Below are positions 34,356 to 44,549 of a stretch of DNA of 64,000 bases, piece after piece. Each line of letters opens with the position of its first letter. Within the stretch, counting starts at the first letter, position 1. The notes below the pieces were generated by a model, which had not been told where the DNA came from, made no database searches, and saw only the letters and a program-made list of their open reading frames with translations. The translations under genes and the position numbers were made by a program. This DNA is from a virus. Taxonomy: Duplodnaviria; Caudoviricetes. The stretch is from the IMG/VR virus record IMGVR_UViG_3300031998_000004. One strand, given 5' to 3'.

Positions 34356-35702
34356 TCAAACATTTCTACCATCCTCGTAAACAACCTTCAGAATGGGAAA
34401 CCTGAGACTGTATTCTCCTGTCTTCTTATCTCGGGTTTCCTCAAAGTACTGAACAGTGATTGTCTTACCAATGATCTCTTCTGGATGATCAAACCACCTC
34501 AATCTCTGTTCCTTACTCAGGCCACTACCTACATAGACCTTATTTCCTTTATGAGTGATAACAAGAGATGATGCAGCATCGTATTCTTTCGCTCCACCTT
34601 CGTTATAGGTAACCTTACCCATTACCACGTCTTCCACAACGTATTCTGCGTCCTGGAACTTCTTGACTTTAAGGAGGTCTTTACTCCTGCCGCTCTTATA
34701 AGGAACATCCTTCCTGAGCATAAATCCTTCCCATCCGTTCTTTTTAACCAAGCTTGTCCAGTCTTCAAAATCATACCAGTTCTCACATCTGTACTGTTGA
34801 AGCACCTGTACTTCTGCGGGTCTGCTGGAGTGATAGTAATAGTCAAGCATTATATTATATCTACTACAAAAATCAGGACTCTGCTTTCTGCCTTCGAACT
34901 CGTCAAGAGTGAGAATGTCGAACCACATAAACTTCGGATGCTCTATAGTGTGGTTCTTCCTTGTGACCTCAGACATTAGACCCAAGAAATTCTCGTTTCC
35001 CTGTTCATCTACTATACAGACCTCACCATCGAGCACAACCGGTTCTTCAACACTATGGAGAATATCAATAATGGGTTCAATGAGATTGTCGAGTGTCCAG
35101 AACTTCTTACCTTGTCGAGAAATAAAATCAAGTGTTCCGAGTTCCGGATTATAATGAATAGTGCAACGAACGCCATCTAACTTCCTGGAAATCAAATACT
35201 TACCACTCATCACCACTTCGTTCTGTTTCTCGGGTTTAAGATCGAAGAACTTATCTGCGAGAGCCACCTCGTACTTCTGAACAGCTGCACGACCAACCGC
35301 ATCGTTATAGTTGTCAAGAGAGACACCAACCTTAAGGTTTCTCTGGAGCACTCCGTCGAGAATCCATCTCTCACTCGGGTCAAAGTAACCAATCACTTCT
35401 CCTACTCTCTCACAAGCAGCATTACCGGTAAGTCTCCTGGAAGCGAGTTCTTCAAGAACTCCGCGGAAGACACGGTAGTTATTGTCTATGTGATAGTACT
35501 GAAGATGAGGACCAAAAAGAGACTGGCTGTCTAGGACTTTATCCCATACAGTATACTTCTTAACATTGTATTTTACAGAGGTATCATAGGTATCCTTAAA
35601 GATTTGTTCAAGGAGGTCCGAGTGATTTTCTTTTATAATATTCTTTTTGTCTAGGGTGCCAGGAGTCTCCCGGAGGAGAGTAAGTGTTTCTACTATGTTC
35701 AT
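34356..35702 (-). CDS. lig: ATP-dependent DNA ligase
   Basis: KLDGVR, SRQGK, LDGE, FDIL, EGFMLR, LLKVK, VGSG, LRFP. Confidence 0.92.
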   Translation of the reverse strand: MNIVETLTLLRETPGTLDKKNIIKENHSDLLEQIFKDTYDTSVKYNVKKYTVWDKVLDSQSLFGPHLQYYHIDNNYRVFRGVLEELASRRLTGNAACERVGEVIGYFDPSERWILDGVLQRNLKVGVSLDNYNDAVGRAAVQKYEVALADKFFDLKPEKQNEVVMSGKYLISRKLDGVRCTIHYNPELGTLDFISRQGKKFWTLDNLIEPIIDILHSVEEPVVLDGEVCIVDEQGNENFLGLMSEVTRKNHTIEHPKFMWFDILTLDEFEGRKQSPDFCSRYNIMLDYYYHSSRPAEVQVLQQYRCENWYDFEDWTSLVKKNGWEGFMLRKDVPYKSGRSKDLLKVKKFQDAEYVVEDVVMGKVTYNEGGAKEYDAASSLVITHKGNKVYVGSGLSKEQRLRWFDHPEEIIGKTITVQYFEETRDKKTGEYSLRFPILKVVYEDGRNV

Positions 35703-35703
35703 A

Positions 35704-35892
35704 TTAAATCAAATTTTCAATCTCGAAAATTGCTTTTCGAATTTTTCTCACCATATATTTTTCCCTACTCAGTTTCTTCCTGTCAAATTCGGTTAACGAT
35801 TCCTTATTATGCAAACGCTCTACAATTCTTTCGTGACGATGCAAGGATTTGCTTTTCTTGTTTATTACTAACGATTTTTCCTGTTCATCCAT
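35704..35892 (-). CDS. Small basic hypothetical protein
   Basis: Tightly packed between neighbours. Confidence 0.55.
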   Translation of the reverse strand: MDEQEKSLVINKKSKSLHRHERIVERLHNKESLTEFDRKKLSREKYMVRKIRKAIFEIENLI

Positions 35893-35894
35893 AT

Positions 35895-36266
35895 CTAAAT
35901 CAAATTTTCAAGACAATACTTTACTGCTGCTTCACAGGCTTGTTCGTGGGTGGTATAAGAAACATCCTTTGAGTTGGCTGAGAAATACAAACTGTTGTTT
36001 ACGCTCCTATGAATACTCCATCCAAATTGGAGTTTTTCATTTATCGAAACCTCAACATAAATGTTGTGAACTTCTCTCAGCCACTTCATAGTCATTTGGA
36101 GGGTTGGGCATATTATATATGTGCTGCCACTATCCATATTTTGTTTAGTGATTATTGTATATAACAATTCGCCATATTTATCATAATAATAATGGACAAA
36201 AGCAGAAAATCCTTTTTCTTTAAGGAGTTTTGCCGTTTCAAAACTAACGTAATCTTCGGTAATCAT
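35895..36266 (-). CDS. Conserved phage hypothetical protein
   Basis: EDYVSFETAKLLKEKGF, PTLQ...KWLRE.H.I, E.A.EA motifs. Confidence 0.7.
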   Translation of the reverse strand: MITEDYVSFETAKLLKEKGFSAFVHYYYDKYGELLYTIITKQNMDSGSTYIICPTLQMTMKWLREVHNIYVEVSINEKLQFGWSIHRSVNNSLYFSANSKDVSYTTHEQACEAAVKYCLENLI

Positions 36267-36526
36267 AACGTATCCTTATATGTGTTATACACTTCTTCTT
36301 TTTCTTTAAGCGACAGCCTATCCCAATGCCTTCTGCAATAAAACTGCAACTGCTGCACTTCACAGCCATACCATGCAACATCACCCCTGTAGTCCCCCCA
36401 CTGTTCGCGGAATATCTTTTTAAGGTTTTCCGAATCCCTTTGTACTTGATTATACCAATCGTCAACCTTGTATTTCCGCCAAAACTTGTTAAGTTTGCCT
36501 TCCGGTATGATATTATATTGTTTCAT
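36263..36526 (-). CDS. Hypothetical protein
   Basis: ATGA-coupled to next gene. Confidence 0.55.
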   Translation of the reverse strand: MKQYNIIPEGKLNKFWRKYKVDDWYNQVQRDSENLKKIFREQWGDYRGDVAWYGCEVQQLQFYCRRHWDRLSLKEKEEVYNTYKDTL

Positions 36527-36546
36527 ATTGTATAAGTATATTCATA

Positions 36547-36699
36547 TTATTCTTCTACAAACCATTCTTCATCAATTTCTTCATCATCATAATCACAAGA
36601 GTTATCCTGTGCTCGCTCAATTACCTCCTCTTCGGATTCTGCCTCAATTGTATAAGTATGTGTAATGGTAGTTTTGGCAATTACTTGATAGGTCTTCAT
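36547..36699 (-). CDS. Small acidic hypothetical protein
   Basis: MKTYQV..IEAESEEE; ATG overlaps upstream TGA. Confidence 0.55.
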   Translation of the reverse strand: MKTYQVIAKTTITHTYTIEAESEEEVIERAQDNSCDYDDEEIDEEWFVEE

Positions 36700-36869
36700 A
36701 ATTTTTCTATTGAAATGCTTGGCATACACGCATTGGTGCGTTGGTTGTTGAGTTCTGTAAAAATTTGTTTAATAACAGGAACCACATCGGAAGGGATATC
36801 TGCTTCTATGGTAGTGTTGTTGAGGACTGAGTAGTTATTACTCTTGTTGACTATACGTACCTTGCACAT
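36696..36869 (-). CDS. 57-aa hypothetical protein (below ORF-track cutoff)
   Basis: MCKVRIVNKSNNYSVLNNTTIEADIPSDVVPVIKQIFTELNNQRTNACMPSISIEKL*, ATGA coupling. Confidence 0.5.
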   Translation of the reverse strand: MCKVRIVNKSNNYSVLNNTTIEADIPSDVVPVIKQIFTELNNQRTNACMPSISIEKL

Positions 36870-36896
36870 ATTGTATCTATTTGTATATAATTATAA

Positions 36897-36923
36897 AAAA
36901 AGACAGACTTATTTAGTCTGTCT
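36897..36923 (-). terminator. Intrinsic terminator
   Basis: AGACAGACT-tattt-AGTCTGTCT with U-tract on minus strand. Confidence 0.7.
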
Positions 36924-36933
36924 ATGTGATTTT

Positions 36934-37962
36934 TTAGAATTGTTCCGGTTCAAAAAGCACTACCCAACCGTCCTTGGTCTGGCATTTCTTTACCATATCC
37001 ACCAGTTCATCAATAGGCGTGTCTTTAAAGAGTTTCATATTGTTCATACGAATGAATCTTGCTTGCCTCATAATAGCTCCGTTGTTATTGGGTTTAACAA
37101 ACGTCATCCTTACATTATTACTTCTCATAGTAACAGTTTCAATATTCTTAAATCCACTCAAATCAAGAAGATCACTGAGTTTTCCTTCTGGAATGACTTC
37201 TGTAGGAATAAGAGAACCATACTTACGTATGTTATTAACTATAGCAACAATGTTACGAGTGCTCTTGGTTTTAGTTATTCCAGCAGCGATTACAGTCCCT
37301 TTACCAAAGAACTTATCAAGTTTACTTTTAATTCCGTCACAATTAAAAAAACTACAATCATATATACTTATGGTTTTTGCATTTGATTTGATATATTTAA
37401 GATTTGGAAAGTCTGTAACACTTACAAGAGATAACACCGGATAAACATTTCCTTCGAAATTAAATTCAGCATCAAAGTAATCTAAATCGGAAGCCCATCC
37501 AATTTTGACCATACCAGTCATTCTGCATTTGTTCGGATTTATATTAAATTTGAATCCTTCCAACTTCTCACACATACCATCAATTGTTACACCAGTGCAA
37601 TTAATCTCTTTGAATCCACCACCATTAGCAATAGGATCTGGATGTGGGCCATTGAATCTTGGACTTCCTATATGGAAGTTATTACAGTATAGAGTATATC
37701 TGTTCAAAAAAGGATTATCAGACGAGTCAATACCAACATTAGCGTCAAGATGAATTTTCTCTTTATCTATATCTATCTCTTTCGCGAGACCATCCAATCC
37801 CCATGTGATAACATCAGTGTCTCCTGCGTTGTATACCTTCATATACTTCCACCAATCACTATCCATGTCATTAAACATGTTCTTTTCAATTTCGTGAGTA
37901 TCTGAGATGTTCTTGTCTACATTAAATAGACCTTCGTATATGTATTGTGATAATGATTTCAT
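36934..37962 (-). CDS. Leader-family protein
   Basis: MKSLSQYIYEGLFNVD. Confidence 0.7.
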   Translation of the reverse strand: MKSLSQYIYEGLFNVDKNISDTHEIEKNMFNDMDSDWWKYMKVYNAGDTDVITWGLDGLAKEIDIDKEKIHLDANVGIDSSDNPFLNRYTLYCNNFHIGSPRFNGPHPDPIANGGGFKEINCTGVTIDGMCEKLEGFKFNINPNKCRMTGMVKIGWASDLDYFDAEFNFEGNVYPVLSLVSVTDFPNLKYIKSNAKTISIYDCSFFNCDGIKSKLDKFFGKGTVIAAGITKTKSTRNIVAIVNNIRKYGSLIPTEVIPEGKLSDLLDLSGFKNIETVTMRSNNVRMTFVKPNNNGAIMRQARFIRMNNMKLFKDTPIDELVDMVKKCQTKDGWVVLFEPEQF

Positions 37963-38567
37963 GAATCTTTAATAAGTTTTTTCATTATAGCTTGATCTAT
38001 AGCTACACCAGGAACATGTTTATTTATATTTATAAATTTATCAAATTCACTTTGAATAAGATTCACATACTTTTCGGATGTTATGTTGTCTATCATTGAC
38101 TTCATAAGTTTTATGATAGACCGAACTGTGTCTGTTGTACATTCAAAATGCAAATCAAAGCTTTGTCTATCAAAACGCTTATCACTATAACCTTCCACAA
38201 AATTGAAGTGTTTGGGATCTTTCTTAGTCAACCAACGTCTAACTGCATTTCCATCAGAGAAATTCAAATCCCAAGCACCGTATTGGTGATTAAACACCAA
38301 TTGTGGACACTGAGGATACCCACACAGTCCATTATTAAACTGTAATTTCACAATAACTTTAAGATCTAATTTCTCTGTGCCGTAAAACGCCTTATATACT
38401 TTTAATCCATCATTATTCAAATCCATCAACCATCCTCTGTCTATACATTTATTGCGCAACTTACAATAAGCATCCTTAAAAATCATATCCCAAAAAACCT
38501 CTGGTTCTACGGGAGATGACTTTCCCATCAGGTCTTTATCAAATAAACTTTCATAAAGTGATTTCAT
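37959..38567 (-). CDS. MKSLxESLFD-leader protein
   Basis: MKSLYESLFDKDL. Confidence 0.7.
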   Translation of the reverse strand: MKSLYESLFDKDLMGKSSPVEPEVFWDMIFKDAYCKLRNKCIDRGWLMDLNNDGLKVYKAFYGTEKLDLKVIVKLQFNNGLCGYPQCPQLVFNHQYGAWDLNFSDGNAVRRWLTKKDPKHFNFVEGYSDKRFDRQSFDLHFECTTDTVRSIIKLMKSMIDNITSEKYVNLIQSEFDKFININKHVPGVAIDQAIMKKLIKDS

Positions 38568-38615
38568 ATATAAATAATAGATTTCCGTGATACTATAGTA
38601 TCATATAAATAATAA

Positions 38616-39173
38616 TTATTTACTACTCACCATCACTAGCGGAATAAACCAATGAACAGTCATATCAACAACAGTACAACTATCTGAATGAAATTTAATA
38701 TGTAAGTATCCAATATTGTCTGGAGACGGATCATATCCACGTTGACCTATTTTATGTCGGAGTACATACCCCTTGTATACATTAGAGAAGTATTCGGAAA
38801 GATTATTGTTAAATGATATAAAGAGTGGATCAGACTCAATCTCTAACTTGGATGACGATGGAAGATACCCGCGGAGAACATCGGCTATCTGAGTAGGGAT
38901 AGATTTAGTACAGTTTGTATTAACTTGAAGGTTCCCATAATTTTCATTAAACCTCTCAACCACATCTTTCACATCATCATACCATAGACATGATGTCTCA
39001 AAATTAGACTTCAACACATCCACTATAGGTTCCTCATTTAGAGTTGTTTTCTTTGCCTCCAGAAACCAAATACTACTATCACCGAAGACAAATAACATAT
39101 CATCATTGATAGGTTGAAGGAGGTATTTTAACTGTATTCCTTCTATATTTTGTGTAGAATCAAACAAACTCAT
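38616..39173 (-). CDS. Hypothetical protein starting MSLFD
   Basis: Short version of the family leader. Confidence 0.6.
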   Translation of the reverse strand: MSLFDSTQNIEGIQLKYLLQPINDDMLFVFGDSSIWFLEAKKTTLNEEPIVDVLKSNFETSCLWYDDVKDVVERFNENYGNLQVNTNCTKSIPTQIADVLRGYLPSSSKLEIESDPLFISFNNNLSEYFSNVYKGYVLRHKIGQRGYDPSPDNIGYLHIKFHSDSCTVVDMTVHWFIPLVMVSSK

Positions 39174-39248
39174 GTATAAAAATATTAGTTTTGTTTGAAA
39201 AATTTGTGTTTTGTTAATATTTTTTAATAGTAAATAAATGCATTTATA

Positions 39249-40304
39249 ATGAGTAAGAAAAACGATTACAGTAGTTTAGAAGGTCAAATTGGTGATCTTG
39301 GTGCAGAAGTTACACCGGTAGCATCAACAACATCACAAGATCTTGGGAAAATAAACAGACCTGAAATTTTTGGTGGAAAACCAGAATTAACACCAGAAGA
39401 AAAAGAAGAACTCAATAAATTTATAGAAAGGAATCGTAATAAATCAAAAGTAGAAGAATCAAATATCTTTGAAGGATGGATTCCTCTTGATCGAGAAGAA
39501 TTAGGTAAACGTTCAATATTCTATCCAGAAGACTGGGAGTTCTCTATTCGACCTGCAACGGTTCAAGCAATCAAGAATTGGACATCGGTTGATGAAGAGA
39601 ATCCTGAAGAACTCAATAAGGTATTTAATGAGATTATTCGTCTTTGTGTAAGAATAGTTGATGGCAAAGGAACTGTTCATACATGGCAGGAAGTAAATTC
39701 TTGGGATAGGTTCTGGCTTATTCTTAAAGTTCGCGAGTATACTTTTGTACACGGTGAAAGTAAAATTGAATACACTGATCAGTGTGAGAATTGTGATGAA
39801 GAATTAACATTTATTCTTGATTCTGCATCACTCACATATGAATTTCCTGATGATGATCTTATGAAATACTGGGATGGAAACAAATGGGTTATTGACCCAC
39901 GCGAGTATGACGTAGACGCGGATCCTATTACTCTTTGGACACCAAAACTTGGTAAGGACCAGGCAATTATTGATTGGGCTATTGCACGTGCAAGACAAGG
40001 AAAACGCGATATTGACGAGAACTTTATTAAGTTCTTGGTTTGGATGATCAGTAAGCCGTCACGCGATGCTGCTAACTTTGACTCTCAGGTTCGTCAGGCA
40101 CAGAATATTTATAAGGGTTGGAGTATTGATATGAATTCATTTATGAATGATGTTGTAAGAAATATCACTATCAATCCTTCGGAGAAACTCTCTGCCAAAT
40201 GTCCTCATTGTGGTGCCGAGGTCACCAGCCAGGTTCAGTTTCCAAACGGCGTTAGAGCTCTCTTCAAGACTGAATCGAAAGTTAAGAAGTTTGGATCCAG
40301 ATAA
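39249..40304 (+). CDS. Baseplate hub/tail assembly protein, T4 gp26-like
   Basis: IRPAT, DRFWLILKVRE, CENC, C-terminal CPHCG..FP.G..LF. Confidence 0.6.
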   Translation: MSKKNDYSSLEGQIGDLGAEVTPVASTTSQDLGKINRPEIFGGKPELTPEEKEELNKFIERNRNKSKVEESNIFEGWIPLDREELGKRSIFYPEDWEFSIRPATVQAIKNWTSVDEENPEELNKVFNEIIRLCVRIVDGKGTVHTWQEVNSWDRFWLILKVREYTFVHGESKIEYTDQCENCDEELTFILDSASLTYEFPDDDLMKYWDGNKWVIDPREYDVDADPITLWTPKLGKDQAIIDWAIARARQGKRDIDENFIKFLVWMISKPSRDAANFDSQVRQAQNIYKGWSIDMNSFMNDVVRNITINPSEKLSAKCPHCGAEVTSQVQFPNGVRALFKTESKVKKFGSR

Positions 40305-40647
40305 TCACGAAGATCCCTTTAGATTATCTCCGGCATATTTTGAATATGACGTATTTGCATTATTCAAGATAAATATAGTTGGGTTGATTCAAATCAAAGC
40401 ATCACTTGCAAAAAACTTCCATATACAACCATCGGAAATAGATAATATGCCGATGTGGGAATATGAGATGTTTATTGATGAATTAAATAAGCAAGTCAAG
40501 GATGAGAATAAACGCCAGCAAGAAGAGATGGATAAATATCATGTAAATGATTACATGAAAAATATGAAAAATATGAATCCTTCTAATATGGCGAAGATGT
40601 CTCAACCAAAACTACCGGATCTTTCGAAAGGATTTAAAATGAAATGA
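40291..40647 (+). CDS. Baseplate hub assembly protein, T4 gp51-like
   Basis: FHIQPSEIDNMPMWEYEMF..L...K.EN motif; probable TTG start. Confidence 0.6.
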   Translation: MDPDNHEDPFRLSPAYFEYDVFALFKINIVGLIQIKASLAKNFHIQPSEIDNMPMWEYEMFIDELNKQVKDENKRQQEEMDKYHVNDYMKNMKNMNPSNMAKMSQPKLPDLSKGFKMK

Positions 40648-40648
40648 T

Positions 40649-40675
40649 AAAGGAACTCACAAGAGTTCCTTTTTT
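40649..40675 (+). terminator. Intrinsic terminator
   Basis: AAGGAACTC-acaa-GAGTTCCTT followed by T-run. Confidence 0.75.
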
Positions 40676-40707
40676 ATATTTATTGACTAGTATATGATTA
40701 TATATAT

Positions 40708-41523
40708 ATGAATACTGCCGGAAAACAGGGATGGACAACCACCCTAGAAGACGAAATAGATTATCAATTCATTCAGAGAGTTATTGGTGAGGTGACTCAG
40801 TCATGTGCCCTGCCTTTTGCATTACCTGCGGAACGTGTGACAGCTAACATCCTACTTGCTGCACAGTACTTCTGGTTAAATAGTGACTTCGCTGCAGAAG
40901 AGAGATACTATATGATTAAAAACTCGGACATATGTCGAGGTAATATGTTTAATAAGATAGTTCAACTCCCTGCACAAATCATTGGTGTGCATGGGTGTTA
41001 TAGGATTGATGACGGACTAAGATATGGTGTCATGGGAGACTTTTCTCTTGAGAGAATGATGCTTTCTACTTACTCTATGTTTGGTGGAGTAGGAACTGTG
41101 GGTGGGGGATTTGTTAATGGTACCACGCAGGGATACACTCTTTCTGATGTGGTTATGAGTATGTATGAAGTGGATACTTTTGAACAGAATCTTAATCCAA
41201 CTCTGACATATAACTACAATCAATTCTCACATAAACTCGTTCTTCTTGGCGATATTGGGTATAGTAATATTTTGATTTGTTGTAGTGTGAGATGTAGAAT
41301 CCAAGACCTCTATAACGACCCTTATTTCTTTAAGTATGTTGTTGCGCTATGTAAGAGAAATCTCAATACCATTTATGGAACATATGAATTTAAGTTGCCT
41401 GGTGGTGTTACAATCAACTATGACAAACTCAATGATCAGGCAGATAACGAGATTGAAGAAGTAAAAGAATACTTTGAGAATAACCGCGCGGTAGACTATT
41501 TCTTTATGCCAAATACGCTATAA
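40708..41523 (+). CDS. Neck protein, T4 gp13-like
   Basis: LPAQIIGV, C-terminal KLPGGVTIN....QADNEIEE. Confidence 0.7.
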   Translation: MNTAGKQGWTTTLEDEIDYQFIQRVIGEVTQSCALPFALPAERVTANILLAAQYFWLNSDFAAEERYYMIKNSDICRGNMFNKIVQLPAQIIGVHGCYRIDDGLRYGVMGDFSLERMMLSTYSMFGGVGTVGGGFVNGTTQGYTLSDVVMSMYEVDTFEQNLNPTLTYNYNQFSHKLVLLGDIGYSNILICCSVRCRIQDLYNDPYFFKYVVALCKRNLNTIYGTYEFKLPGGVTINYDKLNDQADNEIEEVKEYFENNRAVDYFFMPNTL

Positions 41524-41531
41524 AAAGGAAC

Positions 41532-42014
41532 TCAAACGAGTTCCTTTCTTTTTAATGTTATCTCTATCCTCTGTGGTATGAATGTGTTGACGTGAATAAT
41601 TATAAAGGTGTATGATTTATCTCGAAGTTTAACATTAACCGTCACATCCCCACCTTCTCGAATCTTCGTTTGTTTGAGACAAGAAGTAAATGTTTTTGAT
41701 AAGTTTTCTTCATTAAGAGACGGCACTACAAGACACATAAGGATGATATACTTGTAGATGTCATTAAGATTATAGATAGATCTTTGATTTAGAACATTAT
41801 TTATCTCGTCAAAATCTTTTTGAGATATCTTCATCGATCCATCATCGTTACATAGTAATCCCCGAAGAGTATCAACTATCTTTGTTTTAGAGAAGTTGAT
41901 TTTGAAGGCATCTCGCCAAGAGATATGTTTATGATTTGGATTGGTACAGTCCCAGAACTTGTACACCATCCCCACCCATGGGTCTTCGATTATATTTTCA
42001 GAGAACAAACTCAT
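41532..42014 (-). CDS. Hypothetical protein starting MSLFSE
   Basis: Short version of the family leader. Confidence 0.55.
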   Translation of the reverse strand: MSLFSENIIEDPWVGMVYKFWDCTNPNHKHISWRDAFKINFSKTKIVDTLRGLLCNDDGSMKISQKDFDEINNVLNQRSIYNLNDIYKYIILMCLVVPSLNEENLSKTFTSCLKQTKIREGGDVTVNVKLRDKSYTFIIIHVNTFIPQRIEITLKRKELV

Positions 42015-42195
42015 CCTTCAACTCATCCTCCATCTCGTCTTGAGTACGCTCGAGTTCGCGTAGTGTTCTATATAATCTATTTTCCTGGCACCAAGTGCAG
42101 GTTCCGTGGTTCCGACAACTACAGTCTACCAGTTTTGCACCTTTGTACTGCCTACGCTTCTCCTTACCGGCTTCTATTGCTTTGTATAGTCCCAT
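41998..42195 (-). CDS. Small Cys/His-containing phage protein
   Basis: GKEKRRQY.GAK..D.SCRNHG.C.WC..NR. Confidence 0.65.
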   Translation of the reverse strand: MGLYKAIEAGKEKRRQYKGAKLVDCSCRNHGTCTWCQENRLYRTLRELERTQDEMEDELKDEFVL

Positions 42196-42225
42196 GTATA
42201 TAATTATTAAATTAGAAGGGAATCT

Positions 42226-42648
42226 TTAGAAATAGATTCCCCTCTCAATCTGTAGTCTCTCCAGGGAGTCACTACTGTGTATCCCATTTCTCATCTCGCT
42301 CTCACCAATTTCCTTCCGGATATGATCTTTGATCTTATCTGTCTCGGCAAACATCTTTGAAGACATCGATCCGTCTTTGACAAATAAGATAGCAGTGCTG
42401 GGGGCACTAGACATATACTTACATAGGTCCTTAAAGAAATCCTCTTTTTTATGTGGTTCGTAGAGTCGTTTGGCTTCCTCAGGGAGGAGTTGTTTAGTTC
42501 TTATCCGATCAACACGCCATCCTCGTTTAGCAAATTCATCTATGACGAAAGCCGTGTCTTCAAGGAATCCGGGTTTCACAATAACAAATATATTCTGTCT
42601 ATTGTCATCAACAAGTGATGGTCCAAGTGATTCGATTAATGATTTCAT
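42226..42648 (-). CDS. ndk: Nucleoside diphosphate kinase with leader
   Basis: VIVKP, LY.PH...FF..L..YMSS.P, RNGIHSSDS; N-terminus MKSLIESL. Confidence 0.85.
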   Translation of the reverse strand: MKSLIESLGPSLVDDNRQNIFVIVKPGFLEDTAFVIDEFAKRGWRVDRIRTKQLLPEEAKRLYEPHKKEDFFKDLCKYMSSAPSTAILFVKDGSMSSKMFAETDKIKDHIRKEIGESEMRNGIHSSDSLERLQIERGIYF

Positions 42649-44549
42649 GAGTTTTTGATTGATTTTAATCTGTTTAATCCAACAGTATTTGGTTTTAAAT
42701 TAGATTGATTTCCAGTTTTATCATTTAGGTTTCCTAAATCAATTGATGTGTTTGATTCTTTAGATTCTCCTTTATCTAACGAACCCAAATCCGAAGAAGT
42801 ACTATTGGTTTTATTAGGGGTTTTCGAAATTGTACCAAGATCTGCGGATTGAGTAAACTCATCTAATTTTTGAGGAATAATTTTTCCCAAAAAATCTAAA
42901 TTTATATTTCCCAATGTGTGTTCTAATAACTTTTCAGCAACATTGTTTTTAGTTAATGACCTAGAGTTTATATCTTCAGCAAGTTTCCCAGCGGCTTCGA
43001 GTTTCCCGGCTATATTACCCAATGATGGTAACATAGGGAGGGTTGTTTTTATAAAATCTTCTGTAAGACTCGCATAATTTTTTTGTAGAGATTTATAATG
43101 ATTCATTGCCGCTAATATATCATCTTCAGATTCTCCAACCTTTCCTTCATCTACTAATGCCATTACACTATTTCTTAAATCCTCATCAGACAACGTATCC
43201 CATTGTCCATATGTAATAAGGTTAGCTATTCCATCATATAAAGAATTTGCATTCCATTTAATTAAATTATTTAATTTTTGCTGACCTATATCCGTTAATG
43301 TTTGCGCTTGTTGGCCATTTTTTTGCAATTCTTTAGCGACTTCGCTCATGCTAGGGAATGCATTGGTAACTTCACCACGGGCATTTCTCGATGCTGTCCA
43401 CGCATCTGCTATAAACAAATCACCAAATCCTCTTAATAGTTGAGGATTATATTCATGTTCATAAATATCATCAAAATAAATATCAATAGTAAATGTTTGT
43501 TCAAATCCCGTTTCATTATTTACTGCAGCATATCCGGATTTAAGTGAGTCAATATTTATCTCGCAATTATGAAATTCTAAATATTTACATATTGAAGAAT
43601 TACTAATAGAATCATAATTTCCCTGCGGATCGATATTTTTCCAATTCTGTGTGATTAATTTAGATGTGGCTTTAACTGCATTGAGACCATCCCCAAGAGC
43701 CCCTCCGAGGACATCAACTGTATTTCCGATCATACTGTCAAGTCCGTTTGGAGAACCAAGCATCTTATTAAGAGTGTCCTGATCGGAATATGCATTATAA
43801 AGATTTTTTATATTATTTGCCTGCTCCTCAAATCCACTCAATTCATTTCCTACAAGATGCCCAAATGCAGCTCCTTTCTTCACCAAATCTGTGACTTTTA
43901 ATCTAGACAAATCTCGATTAGTTGTTGTATAAGTATGTGTCAATCCGTAAGTTAATCCAGAAAATACAAACAACCCCATATCAAATTTCCTAAGATTTGA
44001 AGGCACCACTTCGCATTTCCTGGTGTGCGACCATACTATACTTCTATACATTGAAAGAAGGGATTCTATGCGATGGTCCGCTGGATCGTTCATGCATACT
44101 ATTGATATTTTTTTCCTTTCTTCAGGAACAGTCCATTTTTCGCGAACTAATGCTTCATCGAGACCAGTTATTTCTTTAAAATACCAAGGGGATTCTGATG
44201 ATATCTGTGACAGCAGCGTTATGAAATCCCTAAGAACCAATGCGCGTTCATATTCACAGTTATTAATTAAATAAGCATATGCTGTGTTTTGATGTAGGTA
44301 CTCGTATTTATCTGTTCCGTTCGATGTAAGCCACGTGGGCGCCAGTAATCCATGAGTACCATTATAATATCCACCATTATAAGATGGGTCGTTATCGTAA
44401 AAATAAAAAAGAAGCTTAAAGAATCGCACATCGGGATTATCGTATTGGTTAAACCCGTTACGATCTACTCTTTTGAATCTATGGTAATCTCCGATTACGT
44501 TATCTCCTGGTAATAAACCAAGACTATATAAATTTTTATATGTAAACAT
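42645..44549 (-). CDS. Putative tail/baseplate structural protein
   Basis: 634 aa, coupled to baseplate-like genes; no specific motif recognised. Confidence 0.5.
   Translation of the reverse strand: MFTYKNLYSLGLLPGDNVIGDYHRFKRVDRNGFNQYDNPDVRFFKLLFYFYDNDPSYNGGYYNGTHGLLAPTWLTSNGTDKYEYLHQNTAYAYLINNCEYERALVLRDFITLLSQISSESPWYFKEITGLDEALVREKWTVPEERKKISIVCMNDPADHRIESLLSMYRSIVWSHTRKCEVVPSNLRKFDMGLFVFSGLTYGLTHTYTTTNRDLSRLKVTDLVKKGAAFGHLVGNELSGFEEQANNIKNLYNAYSDQDTLNKMLGSPNGLDSMIGNTVDVLGGALGDGLNAVKATSKLITQNWKNIDPQGNYDSISNSSICKYLEFHNCEINIDSLKSGYAAVNNETGFEQTFTIDIYFDDIYEHEYNPQLLRGFGDLFIADAWTASRNARGEVTNAFPSMSEVAKELQKNGQQAQTLTDIGQQKLNNLIKWNANSLYDGIANLITYGQWDTLSDEDLRNSVMALVDEGKVGESEDDILAAMNHYKSLQKNYASLTEDFIKTTLPMLPSLGNIAGKLEAAGKLAEDINSRSLTKNNVAEKLLEHTLGNINLDFLGKIIPQKLDEFTQSADLGTISKTPNKTNSTSSDLGSLDKGESKESNTSIDLGNLNDKTGNQSNLKPNTVGLNRLKSIKNS

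Noticed and set aside
40210-40304. Programmed frameshift joining gp26-like and gp51-like ORFs
   Set aside because: No XXXYYYZ slippery site, frames differ by +1, and a TTG start at 40291 explains the overlap
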